Below, piece after piece: positions 27,808-32,000 of a stretch of 32,000 nt of DNA. The notes under the pieces were generated by a model that was not told where the DNA came from, made no database searches, and saw only the letters and a list, made by a program, of their open reading frames with translations. This DNA is from Enterobacteriaceae endosymbiont of Donacia provostii (GTDB lineage: Bacteria; Pseudomonadota; Gammaproteobacteria; Enterobacterales; Enterobacteriaceae), in the NCBI RefSeq assembly GCF_012570145.1, contig NZ_CP046206.1, positions 182,324 to 214,323 on the forward strand, read 5' to 3'. The first letter of the stretch is position 1. Each line of letters starts with the position of its first letter. The position numbers and the translations under genes were made by a program.

Positions 27808-29727
27808 ATGAATCATTTAAATCAATATAACGCAGATTCTATAGAAGTTTTAGAAGGGCTAGATCCTGTAAGACGTCGACCAGGGATGTATACAGATCTT
27901 ACTAGACCCAATCATTTAGCTCAAGAAGTTATAGATAATAGTGTAGATGAAGCTTTAGCTGGTTATGCAACTAATATTTTTGTAATTTTACACAAAGATC
28001 AATCACTTGAAGTTATTGATGATGGTAGAGGTATGCCTATAGATATACATTCGAGAGCGGGTATTCCTGCTATAGAACTTATTTTATGTCGTTTACATGC
28101 TGGAGGAAAATTTTCTAATAAAAATTATAATTTTTCTGGTGGTTTACACGGAGTTGGTATTTCTGTTGTTAATGCACTATCGAAAAGAATGGAAGTAAGT
28201 ATTTTTAAACAAAAAAAAATTTATACAATTATTTTTGAAAATGGATATAAAATTCAAAATCTTAAATTTTATAAAAATTTAAATCAACAAAAAACTGGTA
28301 CAAAAATTAGATTTTGGCCAAATCAATGTTTTTTTGAACATAATAATTTTTTAGTTACTCATTTAATAAATTTATTAAAAGCTAAAGCAGTTTTATGTGC
28401 AGGTTTAACTGTATATTTTAAAAACAAAAATAATACAGATAATTATTGTTGGAATTACAAAAATGGTTTATTAGAATATTTAAATAGTTCAATTAAAAAT
28501 ATTAATACTATTCCTAATACTCCTTTTACAGGAAAATATGTTAATGATACTAAACAATTAGATTGGGTATTATTATGGATATTAGATAACAATTATAGTT
28601 TCCCTACAGAAAGTTATGTTAATTTAATTCCTACTACTTTTGGTGGTACTCATGTTAATGGATTACGTTTAGGTTTATTAGATGCAATACGTTATTTTTG
28701 TAATTTTCATAATATGTTACCTAGAAATATAAAATTATTAGGAGAAGATATTTGGGAAAAATGTTCATATGTTTTATCTATAAAAATCCAAGATCCACAA
28801 TTTACAGGACAAACAAAAGAACGTTTAGCTTCTAGAAAATGTACTATTTTTGTAGCTAATATAGTTAGAGATTCATTTATTTTATGGTTAAATCAAAATT
28901 TTAAAATAGGAACTACTTTAATTAATATTTTTATAAATAATGCTCAAAAACGTATTAGAAATGCTAAAAAACTTATTAAAAAAAAACATTATAATATAAG
29001 TTCAATCTTACCAAGTAAATTATCAGATTGTATTATTCATAATACAAAAAAAACAGAACTTTTTTTGGTAGAAGGAGATTCAGCTGGAGGATCTGCAAAA
29101 CAAGCACGTAACAAAAATTTTCAAGCTGTTATGCCTTTAAAAGGGAAAATTTTAAATACTTGGGAAATAAATTCTGAAGAAATTTTATCTTCACAAGAAA
29201 TATATGATATTTCTTTAGCTATTGGTATTTATCCTAAAAATGAAGACTTAAAAAAATTAAGATACAATAAAATTTGTATTTTATCTGATGCAGATTCAGA
29301 TGGATTACATATTGCTACTTTATTATGTGCTTTATTTATAAAACATTTTTTACCGTTAGTAAAAAATGGACATATTTATGTAGCTATGCCCCCATTATAT
29401 CGTATAGATTTTGGTAAAAAAATTTTTTATGCTCTAAATGAAAATGAAAAAATACAAATATTAAAAAAATATAATTACCAAAATAATAAACAAAAAATAA
29501 ATATACAACGTTTTAAAGGATTAGGTGAAATGAATCCAACTCAATTAAGAGAAACAACATTTAATCCTAATAGTCGTAGATTAGTACAATTAGTTATTAA
29601 TAATAATGAAAGAGAAATTAAAAAAACATTTTCTATAATGGATATGTTATTAGCTAAAAAAAGAGCAGAAGATCGTCGTGAATGGCTACAGAAAAAAGGT
29701 GATATAACAACAATGATAAATTTTTAA
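27808..29727 (+). CDS. parE: DNA topoisomerase IV subunit B
   Basis: 639-aa ORF. The length fits ParE (about 630 aa) and it lacks the roughly 170-aa GyrB insertion. The N-terminus YNADSIEVLEGLDPVRRRPGMYTD.TRPNHL.QEVIDNSVDEALAG is near-identical to E. coli ParE from memory. Also contains LFLVEGDSAGGSAKQAR, the Toprim DADSDGLHIATLLCALF, and QRFKGLGEMNP.QLRETT. Confidence 0.9.
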   Translation: MNHLNQYNADSIEVLEGLDPVRRRPGMYTDLTRPNHLAQEVIDNSVDEALAGYATNIFVILHKDQSLEVIDDGRGMPIDIHSRAGIPAIELILCRLHAGGKFSNKNYNFSGGLHGVGISVVNALSKRMEVSIFKQKKIYTIIFENGYKIQNLKFYKNLNQQKTGTKIRFWPNQCFFEHNNFLVTHLINLLKAKAVLCAGLTVYFKNKNNTDNYCWNYKNGLLEYLNSSIKNINTIPNTPFTGKYVNDTKQLDWVLLWILDNNYSFPTESYVNLIPTTFGGTHVNGLRLGLLDAIRYFCNFHNMLPRNIKLLGEDIWEKCSYVLSIKIQDPQFTGQTKERLASRKCTIFVANIVRDSFILWLNQNFKIGTTLINIFINNAQKRIRNAKKLIKKKHYNISSILPSKLSDCIIHNTKKTELFLVEGDSAGGSAKQARNKNFQAVMPLKGKILNTWEINSEEILSSQEIYDISLAIGIYPKNEDLKKLRYNKICILSDADSDGLHIATLLCALFIKHFLPLVKNGHIYVAMPPLYRIDFGKKIFYALNENEKIQILKKYNYQNNKQKINIQRFKGLGEMNPTQLRETTFNPNSRRLVQLVINNNEREIKKTFSIMDMLLAKKRAEDRREWLQKKGDITTMINF

Positions 29728-29834
29728 AATTATAACAAAAATATATTTTCTATTTTTAATAAAAATAACTACAAATTTTCAATAACAATTAAAAAATATT
29801 TTATAATTATTTATTACAATAAGGAATAATAACC

Positions 29835-32000
29835 ATGTCAGATAAATACTTGTTATATTATAATGACGTGGATCCAATTGAAACAAATGATTGGATACAA
29901 TCAATAGATTCTGTTATAAAAGAGGAAGGAACTCAAAGAGCTAAATTTTTAATTAAAACTATAATAAAACATTTAAATAATAAGGGTATTATTTTAAATT
30001 ATAAAAATCAGAATTATATTAATTCTTTTTCTAAAAAAGAAGAGTTTACATATCCTGGAAATTTAATCATAGAAGAAAAAATTAGATCTTTTATTAGATG
30101 GAATGCAATAATGATTGTTTTAAGAGCTTCTAAAAAAAAATTGGATTTAGGAGGTCATATTGCATCTTATCAATCTTCTTCATATATTTATGAAGTTTGT
30201 TTTAATCATTTTTTTAAAGCGTCTAATAATACTGATAATGGTGATATTATTTATTTTCAAGGACATATTTCACCTGGAATTTATGCTAGATCTTTTTTAG
30301 AAGGAAGAATAAATGTTCATCATTTAGACAAATTTCGTCAAGAAATATTTGGTTCAGGATTATCATCTTATCCACATCCTAAACTTATGCCTAATTTTTG
30401 GCAATTTCCTACTGTATCAATGGGACTTGGACCAATTGCTGCAATTTATCAGGCTAAATTTCTTAAATATTTAGAAAACAGAGAATTATATAAAACTAAA
30501 AATAAAAAAATTTTTGCATTTTTAGGTGATGGTGAAATGGATGAACCAGAATCAAAAGGAGTATTAAATATTGCGTCTAGAGAAAAATTAAATAATTTAA
30601 TTTTTGTTATAAATTGTAATTTACAAAGGTTAGATGGTCCTGTATATGGTAACGGTAAAATTATTAATGAATTAGAAAATATTTTTCAAGGAGCTGGTTG
30701 GAAAGTTATTAAAGTTATATGGGGTAATAATTGGGAAAATTTATTAACTCAAGATAAAACTGGTAAACTAATGGAATTAATTGATAAAACTCCAGATGGA
30801 GAATTTCAAAACCTTAATTCTAAAAATGGATCTTATATTCGAAAAAATTTTTTTGGAAAATTTACAGAAACATTAGATTTAATCAAAAATTTTACTGATA
30901 AAGATATAGAAAATTTAAATTTTGGAGGACATGATCCAAAAAAAATTTATACAGCTTTTAAAAAAGCTTATCTTATTAAAGATAAACCTATAGTTATTTT
31001 GTTTCGTACAATTAAGGGTTTTGGATTAGGTAAAATAGCTGAAAGTAAAAATATTGCTCATCAAATTAAAAAAATTGATATTGATGCAATTAAACATATA
31101 AGAAATACTTTAAATATTCCTATAAATGATAATGATTTACATAAATTACCTTATATTACTTTTAATAAAAATTCTATAGAATATAATTATTTACATAATC
31201 AACGTAAAAAATTAGGTGGATATATTCCCTATAGAAGAATTAACTTTACAGAAAAATTAATTTTACCTAATTTAGATCAGTTTAGTACTTTATTAAACAA
31301 ACAAAAAAAAATATCTACCACAATTGCATTTTTACGGATATTAAATATTCTCTTAAGAGATAAAAATATTAGTAATAGAATAGTTCCTATTATAGCTGAT
31401 GAAGCACGTACATTTGGTATGGAAGGTTTATTTAGACAAATAGGAATATATAATTCTAGTGGATTACAATACACTCCACAAGATAAATCTTTATTAACAT
31501 ATTATAAAGAAGATATAAAAGGACAAATTTTACAAGAAGGAATAAATGAATCTGGAGCTTTTGCATCTTGGTTAGCTGCAGCAACTTCTTATTCAACTAA
31601 TAATTTTCCTATGATACCATTTTATATTTATTATTCTATGTTTGGTTTTCAAAGAATTGGAGATTTTTGTTGGGCAGCAGGAGATCAACAAGCAAGAGGT
31701 TTTTTAATTGGAGCAACTTCAGGACGTACTACTTTAAATGGAGAGGGATTACAACATGAAGATGGACATAGTCATATTTATTCATTAACAATTCCTAATT
31801 GTATTTCTTATGATCCGACTTATGCATATGAATTAGCAGTTATTATTAATAATGGAATACAAAGAATGTATGGAATACAACAAGAAAATATTTATTATTA
31901 TATTACTACTATGAATGAAAATTATGATATGCCATCTATAAATAGATATAATCAATATGGTATTTGTAAAGGTATATATAAATTAAATTCTATAAACAAA
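29835..32000 (+). CDS. aceE: pyruvate dehydrogenase E1 component, N-terminal 722 codons; continues past the window end
   Basis: Not in the ORF track because it is open at the window edge. ATG at 29835 is preceded by AAGGAA. It translates to MSDKYLLYYNDVDPIETNDWIQSIDSVIKEEG... Further blocks: IRWNAIM.VLRASKK, YFQGHISPGIYAR, FLGDGEMDEPES, NCNLQRLDGPV, IADEARTFGMEGLFRQIGIY, GFLIGATSGRTTLNGEGLQHEDGHSH. The frame is open to position 32000. Confidence 0.95.
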   Translation, partial: MSDKYLLYYNDVDPIETNDWIQSIDSVIKEEGTQRAKFLIKTIIKHLNNKGIILNYKNQNYINSFSKKEEFTYPGNLIIEEKIRSFIRWNAIMIVLRASKKKLDLGGHIASYQSSSYIYEVCFNHFFKASNNTDNGDIIYFQGHISPGIYARSFLEGRINVHHLDKFRQEIFGSGLSSYPHPKLMPNFWQFPTVSMGLGPIAAIYQAKFLKYLENRELYKTKNKKIFAFLGDGEMDEPESKGVLNIASREKLNNLIFVINCNLQRLDGPVYGNGKIINELENIFQGAGWKVIKVIWGNNWENLLTQDKTGKLMELIDKTPDGEFQNLNSKNGSYIRKNFFGKFTETLDLIKNFTDKDIENLNFGGHDPKKIYTAFKKAYLIKDKPIVILFRTIKGFGLGKIAESKNIAHQIKKIDIDAIKHIRNTLNIPINDNDLHKLPYITFNKNSIEYNYLHNQRKKLGGYIPYRRINFTEKLILPNLDQFSTLLNKQKKISTTIAFLRILNILLRDKNISNRIVPIIADEARTFGMEGLFRQIGIYNSSGLQYTPQDKSLLTYYKEDIKGQILQEGINESGAFASWLAAATSYSTNNFPMIPFYIYYSMFGFQRIGDFCWAAGDQQARGFLIGATSGRTTLNGEGLQHEDGHSHIYSLTIPNCISYDPTYAYELAVIINNGIQRMYGIQQENIYYYITTMNENYDMPSINRYNQYGICKGIYKLNSINK

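Noticed and set aside
31277-31474. 65-aa minus-strand ORF.
   Set aside because: It is antisense inside aceE, which is open through the window end.
1-32000. Defence islands, toxin-antitoxin pairs, prophage or IS remnants, secretion systems, or any multi-gene novel system.
   Set aside because: Every ORF of meaningful length is a recognisable housekeeping ortholog, and spacers other than 20035-20711 are too short to hide genes. No transposase or integrase motifs, terminal inverted repeats or tRNA-adjacent insertions were found.

Overview
This window looks like an ordinary, densely packed stretch of a reduced, extremely AT-rich gammaproteobacterial genome, probably an obligate insect endosymbiont derived from Enterobacterales. 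By eye G+C is roughly one fifth overall and near zero in some spacers. I cannot name the organism from sequence alone.

I found 25 protein genes (two truncated by the window edges) and 2 tRNAs. All are conserved housekeeping or biosynthetic genes that align readily to my memory of E. coli K-12 orthologs:
- minus strand: carB(partial)-carA, ilvC-ilvD-ilvE-ilvM-ilvG, tRNA-Trp
- plus strand: fpr-tpiA
- minus strand: lysS-prfB, tRNA-Ile2(CAU), degP
- plus strand: rpiA, dapF, uvrD, corA, sucA-sucB, cydA-cydB-cydX, parE, aceE(partial)

Three real genes are missing or truncated in the ORF track:
- carB and aceE run off the window edges.
- prfB needs a +1 programmed frameshift.
- The 29-codon cydX is missing.

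I see no mobile elements, CRISPR, defence, toxin-antitoxin, secretion or other accessory systems. I do not think the window holds a novel multi-gene system.

The points worth a second look are local:
1. A perfect 30-bp x 9.4 in-frame tandem repeat replaces the lipoyl-arm linker of SucB, next to a shortened E3-binding domain.
2. The prfB frameshift site keeps the canonical SD-spacer-CUU architecture but uses UAA instead of UGA.
3. A 677-bp gene-free spacer upstream of sucA contains 308 nt with only two C and no G.
4. Deletion scars relative to E. coli synteny: ilvL/ilvA/ilvY, xerC, sdhCDAB and sucCD are absent at their ancestral positions.
5. The transcription-strand switch is compatible with a nearby replication origin.
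6. There are long in-frame poly(A) tracts, up to A15.
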